DNA of 37,487 nt from Octopus bimaculoides (lineage: Eukaryota). A program made the position numbers and the translations under genes. This document shows positions 11,745-22,114 of the stretch, piece by piece (position 1 is the stretch's first letter; every line of letters begins with the position of its first letter). The notes beneath the pieces were generated by a model. It worked only from the letters and a program-made list of their open reading frames with translations. It was not told where the DNA came from and made no database searches. The stretch lies in the NCBI RefSeq assembly GCF_001194135.2, contig NC_068987.1, forward strand, positions 21,029,372 to 21,066,858, written 5' to 3'.

Positions 11745-12006
11745 TCAGCTGCTGATGGTGGTGCAGTGTCTGTTGTGGCTGTACAGGTCCACACAGGAGT
11801 AGCAGTCACGCATACAGCGACTGCATTTGAAGGAACTCTCTGCCGGTGCTGTTGATTTTTTCCTTCCGTTGGTGCGCTTTTCTTTGATAGCGAGTGCCTG
11901 TTTTACTTTCGCTCTCTTCATGACCGAGTCAGCGCAAGCGACGCTGCTGGAGCAAAATGTGTATGCTGGGTTGAGAACTTCGGTATTGGTGATGTGGTTG
12001 GTCCAT
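11745..12006 (-). mobile_element. RTE-clade LINE 3' fragment with terminal Cys/His motif
   Basis: WTNHITNTEVLN..SIHILLQQRRLR*LGH, then SSFKCSRCMRDCYSCVDLYSHNRHC, the RTE ORF2 C-terminal zinc-finger-like motif. The middle is deleted. Confidence 0.75.
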
Positions 12007-12165
12007 ATATATATATATATATATAGTTTAAAAGAATAACCAGAAAGCAGATTGTTAGTAGTTGAATATATTTATATTCATGTTTTCAGTTCTTGCAATC
12101 TTGTTTTACAATAAAACTTGTGTGTCTTTGTGTGTGTTAGTGAGTGGGTATCATTGTACAACTAA

Positions 12166-12388
12166 TACTCTTTTACTCTTTTACTTGTTTCAGTCATTTG
12201 ACTGTGGCCATGCTGGAGCATCGCCTTTAGTCGAAGAAATAGACCCCAGGACTTATTCTTTGTAAGCCTAGTACTTATTCTACCGGATCACTGTTGCCGA
12301 ACCGCTAAGTTACGGGGACGTAAACACACCAGCATCGGTTGCCAAGCGATGCTGGGGGACAAACACAGACACAAACATATACACACAT

Positions 12389-12431
<43 letters not shown>

Positions 12432-12510
12432 CGACGGGCTTCTTTCAGTTTCCGTCTACCAAATCCACTCACAAGGCTTTGGTCTGCCTGAAGCTATAGT
12501 AGAAGGCACA
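12166..12510 (-). mobile_element. SINE family A (internal-microsatellite type), 5'-truncated
   Basis: Reverse complement matches the plus copy at 29660 (TTGTGAGTGGATTTGGTAGACGGAAACTGAAAGAAGCCCGTCG, microsatellite, GGTTCGGCAA..GAATAAGTACTAGGCTTAC.., AAAAGAGTA tail). Confidence 0.85.
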
Positions 12511-12627
12511 AATGTTCCGTTTTTTAATGAATAATTAATACTAATTAAAATAAAGAAAAAAATGGTGTTTGACTTTCATCCGATAACGAAGAAAAGTGGA
12601 ACATAGATTTGTTAATCGAGGAACTGG

Positions 12628-12941
12628 TTTATGTGTGTGCATATACGCATGTATGTATGTATGTATGTATGTATGTATGTATGTATGTATGCATGTATGT
12701 ATGTGTATGTATATATGTGTGGGTAAATATATATATATGCATGGAAGTATGTGTATATGTATGCACCTATGTATGTATGTATGTATGTATGTATGTATGT
12801 ATGCATGTATGCATGTGTGTGTGTATATATATATATATATGAATGGAAGTATGTGTATATGTATGTACCGATGTATGTATGTATATATGTATGCATGTAT
12901 GTATGTATGTATGTATGCATGTGTGTGTGTATATATGTGTG

Positions 12942-13007
<66 letters not shown>

Positions 13008-13090
13008 GGAAGTATGTGTATATGTATGAACCTATGTATGTATGTATGTATATATGTATGTACATGTATGTGTATGAATACATATATGTA
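12628..13090. repeat. Higher-order compound microsatellite (three ATGGAAGTATGTGTATATGTATG-anchored modules)
   Basis: Anchors at 12741, 12843 and 13006. Confidence 0.85.
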
Positions 13091-13786
13091 TGTCGATTAA
13101 CCGAAGTTCCAAATAACTTAAATACCTTGTTAGTTATCATTGTAGTTGCAACGAACAATTATTGCCAGTTGAGTCAATTACACAGTAATTATGCGGAGGA
13201 CAGTGATACTAATAATAAAANNNNNNNNNNGTGGTTGTTTATTGGTAGTGGTGATGATACTCAGAGTAGTAATGGAAGTGGTGGCGGCAGTGATGGCGTT
13301 ATTGACGAACGATGTCAATGATAACTCTTTAAAGATATCAAATAACCTCCGTAGGAGGCGGTGAATTGGCCAGAAAAGCATAGGACGCCATTCTTGTTAT
13401 CCGTGGCGTTAGCATTTTCTTTTAGCCCCAGGTCAACCGCAATCGAGCAGATCTATGACCGAAGACATTCTAGTCGTCACCATACCGTTGTTTGTTTCTT
13501 GGTATCTCGAACACTCCGTTCCATGCCTGTCGCCGATCATCGACCTTTGTTCTTTTATTCTTTTATTCTTTTACTTGTTTCACTCATCTTGAATTCGATT
13601 CTTCTTGTGTCTTTGGGCTGGTAATTTGGGAGGGGGAGATTAGGTTTCTATTTCTAGTAGACAAAGCGACCTGTTATTTGCTTCCTCGTTGGTTTATATG
13701 TGTGTATGGCGTAGCTTAGATAATATTGGGGTCATTTTTCTTGACTTGCACGCACACTACCCCACCTCTTACAACTACAATACACA

Positions 13787-13827
<41 letters not shown>

Positions 13828-13932
13828 GTCAGTCTATCTACCTATATGTCTATGCATATATAGATGTATATATGTCTATATATGTGTGTGTATTTATCTA
13901 TTTATATACATACATATACATACATATATTTG

Positions 13933-13965
<33 letters not shown>

Positions 13966-14447
13966 NNNNNNNNNNNNNNNNNNNNNNNNNNNNNNNNNNN
14001 NNNNNNNNNNNNNNNNNNNNNNNNNNNNNNNNNNNNNNNNNNNNNNNNNNNNNNNNNNNNNNNNNNNNNNNNNNNNNNNNNNNNNNNNNNNNNNNNNNNN
14101 NNNNNNNNNNNNNNNNNNNNNNNNNNNNNNNNNNNNNNNNNNNNNNNNNNNNNNNNNNNNNNNNNNNNNNNNNNNNNNNNNNNNNNNNNNNNNNNNNNNN
14201 NNNNNNNNNNNNNNNNNNNNNNNNNNNNNNNNNNNNNNNNNNNNNNNNNNNNNNNNNNNNNNNNNNNNNNNNNNNNNNNNNNNNNNNNNNNNNNNNNNNN
14301 NNNNNNNNNNNNNNNNNNNNNNNNNNNNNNNNNNNNNNNNNNNNNNNNNNNNNNNNNNNNNNNNNNNNNNNNNNNNNNNNNNNNNNNNNNNNNNNNNNNN
14401 NNNNNNNNNNNNNNNNNNNNNNNNNNNNNNNNNNNNNNNNNNNNNNN

Positions 14448-14481
<34 letters not shown>

Positions 14482-14837
14482 AAAGAGAGGACGAGGAGGA
14501 AATACTTCTATATTTTGATATAAAATTTGTTGATGTATTAAAAATCATCTCTGCTTCTTGAGGATGCATTATAATTACCAAACGGCAACTATGAACAACT
14601 TCACTTGAGAAGGGGAGATAATCTACAGTTTCAAGATTTCTCCAAAATTGACATGCTATAAAGAAAAGCGACACAATTCTTGTTTGGAGATAAGAGGACG
14701 GTCGTGAAATCGTATTTCTGACTCTTGCCTTCATTAATGCGACAAAAGACCTAACTTCAATAGGCAAAAGGGCTTAGAGTGATACAAAACACAGCAGAAA
14801 AAAACAGTTATAACCTAGGTAATATTTGCTCCTGCCA

Positions 14838-14972
14838 ATTCCACAGCTTGATAATCAGTGTTGGTCTATTTACGTCCTCGTAACTAAGCGGTTTTTTCAA
14901 AAATAGTGGCAGAATAAGTACCAGGTTCAATTTATTTGATTAAAAACCCTTCAAAGCGTGCTCCAGCATGTC
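14838..14972 (+). mobile_element. SINE family A, decayed 3' half
   Basis: CCACAGCTTGATAATCAGTGTTGG..GAATAAGTACCAGG..GTGCTCCAGCATG resembles the 3' halves at 26398 and 29660. Confidence 0.6.
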
Positions 14973-15139
14973 AATTTATCTTGAACACCACCGGTTTCAA
15001 AATTTATTTGACTTCAAAACTTATTTGACTACAAAATCATTTGACAACAAATCAGAAATGTTTAACGAACCAATCAAGAATCAAATCTCGTATAAACCAA
15101 AATTTTCCGTTCAGCTACCATTTAACAGGTCGACAATGT

Positions 15140-15450
15140 ATGGACCCGCGTGGCCAAATGATTAGAGTGTTTCACCCACGATCGTACGATTGTAATTTCG
15201 ATTCCTGAACCGGAATTGTACGTTGTCTTCTAGTGCAAAAAACACTTCATTTCACGTTGTTTTAGTCCACTCAGCTGTAATTAAATTGCAGCAATTGCTT
15301 GGAAGTAAACTCTGCATCTGGGAGGTTAACTCTGCGTGGGGAGTTAACTTTGCGTGGGAACTTAATTCTGCATCCCGTCCAGGGTGAAATGTAATCTCAA
15401 TCACCTACACACGATAGAAACCGGGTTATGTTCTGGCCTTATGAGTCCTA
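15140..15450 (+). mobile_element. tRNA-derived SINE family E, with about 3 copies of an internal ~20-bp repeat
   Basis: A-box-like TGGCCAAATGA and B-box-like TTTCGATTCC, then AGTCCACTCAGCTG and CATCCCGTCCAGGG. Tandem TTAACTCTGCGTGGGGAG units at about 15305-15375. Confidence 0.6.
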
Positions 15451-15939
15451 GGATTCATAATAGATTAAGTCCCCATTATTAATTCCTGGTTTATGGTCTG
15501 GGAAATGATACACTAAGAATACTTAACAAGAGTATTATGTGATTCCAAATGGTATATGAGAAATACTTAAACAGTATTTTCAGGTGGAACTGGAATTTCC
15601 TAAGTCAATTCTTCTAGAACACGTGTCAATGTCTTCATGGTGATGGTTGTTTGTGTATCATTCCAGTTTCAGCAATTACGACTGAAAAGATAAATACATT
15701 TCTTAATTGTCATAACGAGTTAATTCGACGTTAGCTATCAAGCACGCTTTCTTCTGCACACTACAGTCATTTTGTGTTTTTGAGTTGATAATTATTAACA
15801 TGCTGTTGTGATGAGTGTCGTGAAGACTGATCTCAGCCTAGCTGTGTCATATCTGGTGTTGTATCTGTATACTAGACTTCTATAATGTCTTTCGAGTGTT
15901 GTTCATTTTCTAGGATTAGGAGGAAGCTGTGGCTAGGTG

Positions 15940-16332
15940 TTGTTATTGTTGTTGGCAATCCGTCGCTTACGACGTCGAGGGTTCCAGTTGATTCGATCAA
16001 CGGAACAGCCTGCTCGTGAAATTAACGTGCAAGTGGCTGAGCACTCCACAGACACGTGTACCCTTAACGTAGTTCTCGAGGATATTCAGCGTGACACAGT
16101 GTGACAAGGCTGACCCTTTGAATTACAGGCACAGCAGAAACAGGAAGTAAGAGTGAGAGAAAGTTGTGGTGGAAGAGTACAGCAGGGTTCGCCACAATCC
16201 CCTGCCGGAGCCTCGTGGAACTTTAGGTGTTTTCGTTCAATAAACACTCACAACGCCCGGTCTGCGAATCGAAACCGCGATCCTATGACCGCGAGTCCGC
16301 TGCCCTAACCACTGGGCCATTGCGCCTCCACC
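15940..16332 (-). mobile_element. tRNA-derived SINE family B, full length with 11-bp TSD
   Basis: Head GGAGGCGCAATGGCCCAGTGGTTAGGGCAGCGGACTCGCGGTC..GTTTCGATTC, (CAA)n tail, TSD GTGGCTAGGTG at 15929-15939 and 16333-16343. Confidence 0.92.
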
Positions 16333-16583
16333 GTGGCTAGGTGAATGTAGAACTATATTAGCATATCATTACGTCGCCAAGTATACTGTGTTTTGAGGGG
16401 GATACTATGGGATATCCTGATACAAAAAAGTGTAATGTTTCAGAAAATAGACTACTCAGTCGGCAATCTGTCTTTAATGTTTGTGAATTGGGGGTATTTT
16501 TTACAATATATCTGACGAACGACGTGAGTTGGCAGAGTTTTTGGACATGATCATTTAGACCAAAGTTAGTGCGCAGGCACGCA

Positions 16584-16652
16584 TACACACACACACATAC
16601 ACACACACACACACACATTTTTATGTGTGTATGTATATGTTATGTATGTATG

Positions 16653-16684
<32 letters not shown>

Positions 16685-16819
16685 AGTTTGTGTGTGTATA
16701 TTAGATATATATACATATATAATAGATAGGATATATATAAATTGATAGATATATAGATGCGTTTGTGTGTGTATGTATATATATATATATGTATGTATAT
16801 AGATATATATGTATATATA

Positions 16820-16887
<68 letters not shown>

Positions 16888-16961
16888 AATTGATAGATAT
16901 ATAGATGCGTTTGTGTGTGTATATATATATATGTATGTATTTAGATATATATGTATATATA

Positions 16962-17010
<49 letters not shown>

Positions 17011-17080
17011 TTATATGTATTGGTAGAATATATAGATATGGTTGTATGTATATACGTATATATATATATATATATATCAT
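16584..17080. repeat. Compound microsatellite with a ~148-bp higher-order tandem duplication
   Basis: Anchor AAATTGATAGATATATAGATGCGTTTGTGTGTG at 16739 and 16887. Confidence 0.85.
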
Positions 17081-17187
17081 ACGAACTCAGAGATTTTTGA
17101 GATCTGGTGTTTTTTGTGAAACAGTCTAAAGCTGACAAGATGGTAAATACACTTCTGTATTTAATAGATAATAGATGAGGAATTATG

Positions 17188-17495
17188 TACATTATTTACA
17201 TTATTTACATTTGACGGATATTTGTCCTCATCATGTTTGTTGTTAACACAACGTTTCGGCTGATATACCCTCCAGCGTTCATCAGGTGTCTTGGGGAAAT
17301 TTCGAACCTGGGTTATCATTCCTAAAGTATTTTTCGATGTTATTATTATCATCATTATCATTATTACTATTATTATTGAGGTCACTGCCTGGAATCGAAC
17401 TTGGAATCTTGGAGTTAGTAGCCCGCGCTCTTAACCATTACGCCATATGCCCCGAGGAAATATATCCGTCAACTGTAAATAATGTAAATAATGTA
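17188..17495 (-). mobile_element. Chimeric element: tRNA-like head, (AAT)n, Penelope-type hammerhead tail, flanked by a 34-bp inverted repeat
   Basis: A box TGGCGTAATGG and B box GTTCGATTCC in the head (17453-17378), AAT-rich linker, hammerhead core at 17290-17245, inverted repeat 17188-17221/17462-17495. Confidence 0.7.
17245..17290 (-). ncRNA. Minimal type-I hammerhead ribozyme motif (predicted)
   Basis: GACAC-CUGAUGA-AC-GCUG(GAGGGUAUAU)CAGC-C-GAAA-CGUU-GUGUU. Stem I GACAC/GUGUU, stem II GCUG/CAGC, palindromic ACGU in place of stem III, predicted GUU cleavage between 17250 and 17249. Activity untested. Confidence 0.6.
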
Positions 17496-17970
17496 AAGAT
17501 TGTGAATGGTTTGTCCTCCTTTGATCAGGATGCAGTCACTCTACACCAAGCACAATGTTAATATTTCTTCGAATTTTTTCCACATATTTATTTAAACAGC
17601 TACTACAAAAGAAAACAAAACAAAATTTTAAAATACTCACTAAGTCCACGTTAGCTTTATTACAATTAACAATTCACTGTACTAACTAACACCTAACTGC
17701 AGCTCCATACCGGCATCTGAATTGAACCAGCGACACACAAATATAGAGTCCCACCCACTTTGTAGTCACACTACTATACGCCCAAGAGTATATCTATCTA
17801 ATGAGGAAATTAGAGATCACTCCATAAATTGCTTAACTTTTTCCCACAGTAATTAATCTGTAATTAAGGAGTAGTGTTTATTTAATGCGAATAAGTTTAA
17901 TTTCAATAATTATTCTGTAAGGAAAAACATTTCAACATTATTCTTAATATGCTAAAATCACAAGGCCACG

Positions 17971-18072
<102 letters not shown>

Positions 18073-18075
18073 TAT

Positions 18076-18236
18076 GACAGGCTTCTTTCAGTTTCCATCT
18101 ATCAAATCCAATTACAAAGTTTTGGCCGGCCTGTGGCTATAGTAGAAGACACTTGCCCAAGGTACCACGCAGTAGGACTGATCCCGGAACTATGTTGTTG
18201 GGGAACTAGCTTCTTACTATACAGCCACGACTGCAC
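18076..18236 (-). mobile_element. SINE family A, 5' half including the tRNA-like head
   Basis: Reverse complement matches the head of the 29660 copy (GTGGCTGT..GTAAG..GTTCCGGG..ACCTTGGGCAAGTGTCTTCTACTATAGC). Confidence 0.8.
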
Positions 18237-19189
18237 TACACAGCTCAAAAAATAAATAGACACGTCTCATTATGCTGCTTATATCGGCGCGGACACTATC
18301 TGGTACTTTCAAACTTGTTAATGTATTATGTACAAGACGTATCTGCTAAATGCTGGATTTAGTATTTAAATACAGCAATTGATATTATTTTGTTTTCAGA
18401 AATAAATCTTTTAAAGCCAATAGTACCTATTTAGTCTTGAAATCCTTTCTGATGCTCCAAAATAACATGTTTTAGCAGCAGTGGAATTGAGAATCAGCAC
18501 CAAGGTACATCTTGTTTTCCTCAAGGAGGAGTAGAAAGAAGAAAGAATCAGCGCAAACAAAAGCATGTAATACCCATACTTCTGCGCGGTTTTAATAACG
18601 ATGCAACACTCTATGGCAAGGACTGACTTACCCCAAACTTTCTGGCTGTTGAGTTGACAGGATATTGGAAAGACAATGTGAAGTGGGCCCATGAAAAGAA
18701 GGGTCTAAATATGAAGGGCTTAACGAAACGTGTGAGATACGATGATGGCAATATGAGCAAGGCCTTCTAGGTAGTAATATAAAATTCCTTCTGAGAAAAT
18801 TTATGCTTTGGGGCCTTTACATACATAACCACAGCTTACATAGATTAACATTAGGCTCACAAGACCCATGACATCTATAGAGCTGCTCTGTGGCCCCATG
18901 CTTTATGAAAGGGACTGCGTGTACATAGCTCTCAAAAGAGGTGAGATGTCGTGGGTTTGCGTCTAAATCCACTATGTCCTACAAGACTGGATTGGAGCTT
19001 ATGAAGAAAGGCAGAGCAATGATTTGTGAACTGGGGAGAACATAGGTCTGTCCAGAGCCTTAGGATTCATAAGGCTTGAGTTTAACTTGGTTTTCATGGC
19101 GTATAAATAACTCCACCTACAAAACTCCACCCACCCTTTGAACAGGATTCGTAGCAACGGTCATCTTTCCAGCTATCACTGGAAATGAT

Positions 19190-19310
19190 TTGCAGCTGAG
19201 TGGACTGCAGCAACATGAAATAAAGAACACAACTCATTACCCGGTCCGGGAATCGAAACCTCAATTTTACAATCGCGAGTGCAACATCAACATCATTTGG
19301 TCACATGCCT
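19190..19310 (-). mobile_element. SINE family E, 5' fragment
   Basis: Reverse complement GGCATGTGACCAAATGA..GTTTCGATTCCCGGACCGG..AGTCCACTCAGCTG, similar to the 15140 copy. Confidence 0.55.
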
Positions 19311-19609
19311 TCAAAACTGAAGGGGTGGTGGTTGCGCCGGTGGTTGCTGTGGTGGTGGGAGAAGAGAGGACAAATTATCAGTGAGTAGTAAAAGGAAATA
19401 TTTAATGCTTGCTTGGAGTGGTTGCAGCTGCAAAGGGTTTGGAGTGACGGCTGCATCGATGAGGGATGAGAACAGAAAAATCACGTGACAGTGTGCGCCG
19501 AAAGAAACCAGACGTTTTCTGGTGGAGTCAATACTACTTTGTAGTGTTGAAGCGACTGATGCAATCTGAAAGCAACGAAAGTTTTGTGATCTGCTGTTGA
19601 CATACATAT

Positions 19610-19657
<48 letters not shown>

Positions 19658-19940
19658 CATATTGTGTATGTAAATGTGTGTGTGTNNNNNNNNNNNNNNN
19701 NNNNNNNNNNNNNNNNNNNNNNNNNNNNNNNNNNNNNNNNNNNNNNNNNNNNNNNNNNNNNNNNNNNNNNNNNNNNNNNNNNNNNNNNNNNNNNNNNNNN
19801 NNNNNNNNNNNNNNNNNNNNNNNNNNNNNNNNNNNNNNNNNNNNNNNNNNTATATGTATATATATATAACATATATGTATGTATGCATGTAAATATTATG
19901 TATGCGTGTGTGTTTGCGTGTGTGTGTGTGTGCGTTTGCA

Positions 19941-19984
<44 letters not shown>

Positions 19985-20507
19985 CAGTAATAACAATAAT
20001 AATCCTGGATGGAATTTATAAATATACTAATGCATCGCTACGTACGTTTCCACAAATTACATGTTTCTTAAGATCATAGTCCGCATTCCTGGGATGATTA
20101 CAGACCAGTCTGTAGTATCCATGGACATCGGGTAGATGATGTTCATGCATTCATTTCTTCGGGCGAAATAGCATCAATGGATGTTTAACAGTGCGTTGTT
20201 TACCAATTCTGACCAATGAAAAGGTTGATTGGGGTATGTGGGCATTTTTGTGTGCATTTCGTGGCAAGGAGTCGAAGGTGATGGAAAGAGAGGAAATAAT
20301 GGTATATAAGGAGAGGAAGCTGTGTGTGTGTGGTGACGTTGGACTAAATTTACTATTTGAGTATGCAGATGTCATGATGAGTGGTATAGTTCATTTGTTT
20401 GGTCATATTCACAGCAGGCCCCTCCTTAATGAATATATACATACATACGTACATATATATATATATATATGTACATATATATATATGTACACATATATAT
20501 ATGAATG

Positions 20508-21764
20508 TACGAGGGGGAGTCTGAAAAGTCTTGAGCCTCAAAAATAACAAAACATGGTACAAGACTTCTGATGATTTATTTTTCAACATAGTCCCCCTCG
20601 ATGGCTGAACACTTTCTCCATCGGTGCTGAAGCGCCATTATCCCGGCGTAGAAGAACTCTTTTGTTTGGGACTCCAAGAAACTTCCTACAGCGTCTATGA
20701 CGTCATTGTCACTGGCAAAATGGCGACCAGCCAGGGCTTTTTTCATTTTTGGAAATAGATGAAAATCAGAGGGGGCTAAGTCTGGCGAATAAGGCGGGTG
20801 GGGATCAAGTTCGTATCCACGATTACGAATTGTTGCCATGGCAACCACTGAGGTGTGGGCTGGAGCATTGTCGTGATGAAAAAGAACTCCTCTGGAGAGC
20901 ATTCCCAGCCTTTTTTCTTTGATTGCTTCTTGGAGGCGTTTCAGTAGCTGAGAATAATATAGCCCTGTCACAGTGTGACCCTTTTCAAGGTAATCGATCA
21001 GTAAGACACCTTGAGAATAAAAAAAAACAAAAACGGACGCCATGACCTTGCCAGCTGAAGGAATGACTCTGGCCTTCTTTGGGGTAGGAGAAGATGTGTG
21101 CTTCCACTGCTTTGATTGTTCTTTGGTTTCTGGCTGGTAGTGATGGACACAGCTTTCGTCCATAGTATTGAAACGAGCAAGAAAATTCTGTTCATCAGCT
21201 TCAAACAGTTCCAGATTGCTCGTGGANNNNNNNNNNNNNNNNNNNNNNNNNNNNNNNNNCTTTTGTCACAATGTTGTCTGCTCTTTCAATTGAGATGCCC
21301 AGTCTCTTGGCTATCTGACGACATGATATTCGGTGATCTTGCATTACCATACCAAGAGCAAGATCAAGGTTGTCATTGGTGGTTGCAGTTGGAGGTTTCC
21401 CTGGTCTTGGATCATCTTCCACACTCTCCCTGCCACGCTTGAATTCATTTACCCAGCGTTTGACTGTTGCATATGAAGGAGCATTGTCTGTTAAGGTTCT
21501 CACCATATCTTCATGGATTTCTGATGGAGTCATGCCTTTCAAATGAAGGTACTTTATGACAGCACGATACTCAGTTTTCTCCATTTTCCTTGAAAATTCG
21601 ACGCTTGTTTATTCAAAAATCTGCAGCAAAAAAATTAAAATATCAGAATCAGGAAAATGAGCAATAATACTCCGAAAAGACTGTACTTACGAGAAAAAAT
21701 TGTTTCAACTATATAGCAGCCCCGATTCTAGGTTAGGCTCAAAAATTTTCGGACACTCCTCGTA
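20508..21764 (-). mobile_element. Full-length mariner transposon, irritans/Himar1-like, ~1.26 kb
   Basis: ~30-bp imperfect TIRs (TACGAGGGGGAGTCTGAAAAGTCTTGAGCCT versus TACGAGGAGTGTCCGAAAATTTTTGAGCCT), TA ends, internal transposase. Confidence 0.95.
20576..21584 (-). CDS. Mariner DD34D transposase, open on both sides of a 33-N gap
   Basis: N-terminus MEKTEYRAVIKY..WVNEFKRGRESVEDDPRPGKP. After the gap: TMDESCVHHY, SAGKVMASVF, HHDNAPAH and PHPPYSPDLAPSDF, with 34 residues between the second and third Asp. No stop in the sequenced parts. Confidence 0.85.
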
Positions 21765-21840
21765 TATATGCATATATATAAGAAATGTTTATCGCCACTT
21801 CAAAAGAAAGATGGACGATGGTCACGTGTGAGCAACGAGA

Positions 21841-21933
21841 GAGAGTAAAGAAGAGGGAGAGAGTAAAGAAGAGGGAGAGAGTAAAGAAGAGGGAGAGAGT
21901 AAAGAAGAAGGAGAGAGTAAAGAAGAGGGAGAG
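21841..21933. repeat. 18-bp minisatellite AGAGAGTAAAGAAGAGGG, about 5 copies
   Basis: Direct reading. Confidence 0.9.
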
Positions 21934-22114
21934 ACAGACAGACAGACAGACAGACAGATAGAAAACGGTGAAGCGGAGAAAAAAGATTTTGAGAAAGAAA
22001 ATACGAAAGGGGGAGAAGGGGAGAAAAAAGAATTAGAGAAAAGAAGAGAGAGAAAACGAAAGGGGGAGAGAGAGAACAAACAGTACAGGGTAGAGTCGCA
22101 CCAATCCCTTACTA

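Noticed and set aside
15470-15640. Possible R2/NeSL-like LINE C-terminus
   Set aside because: The resemblance needs several frameshifts and is too weak without a search.
18386-18476. Plus-strand exon after a strong acceptor-like TTTTGTTTTCAG
   Set aside because: All three frames stop within about 26 codons and no clear donor was found.
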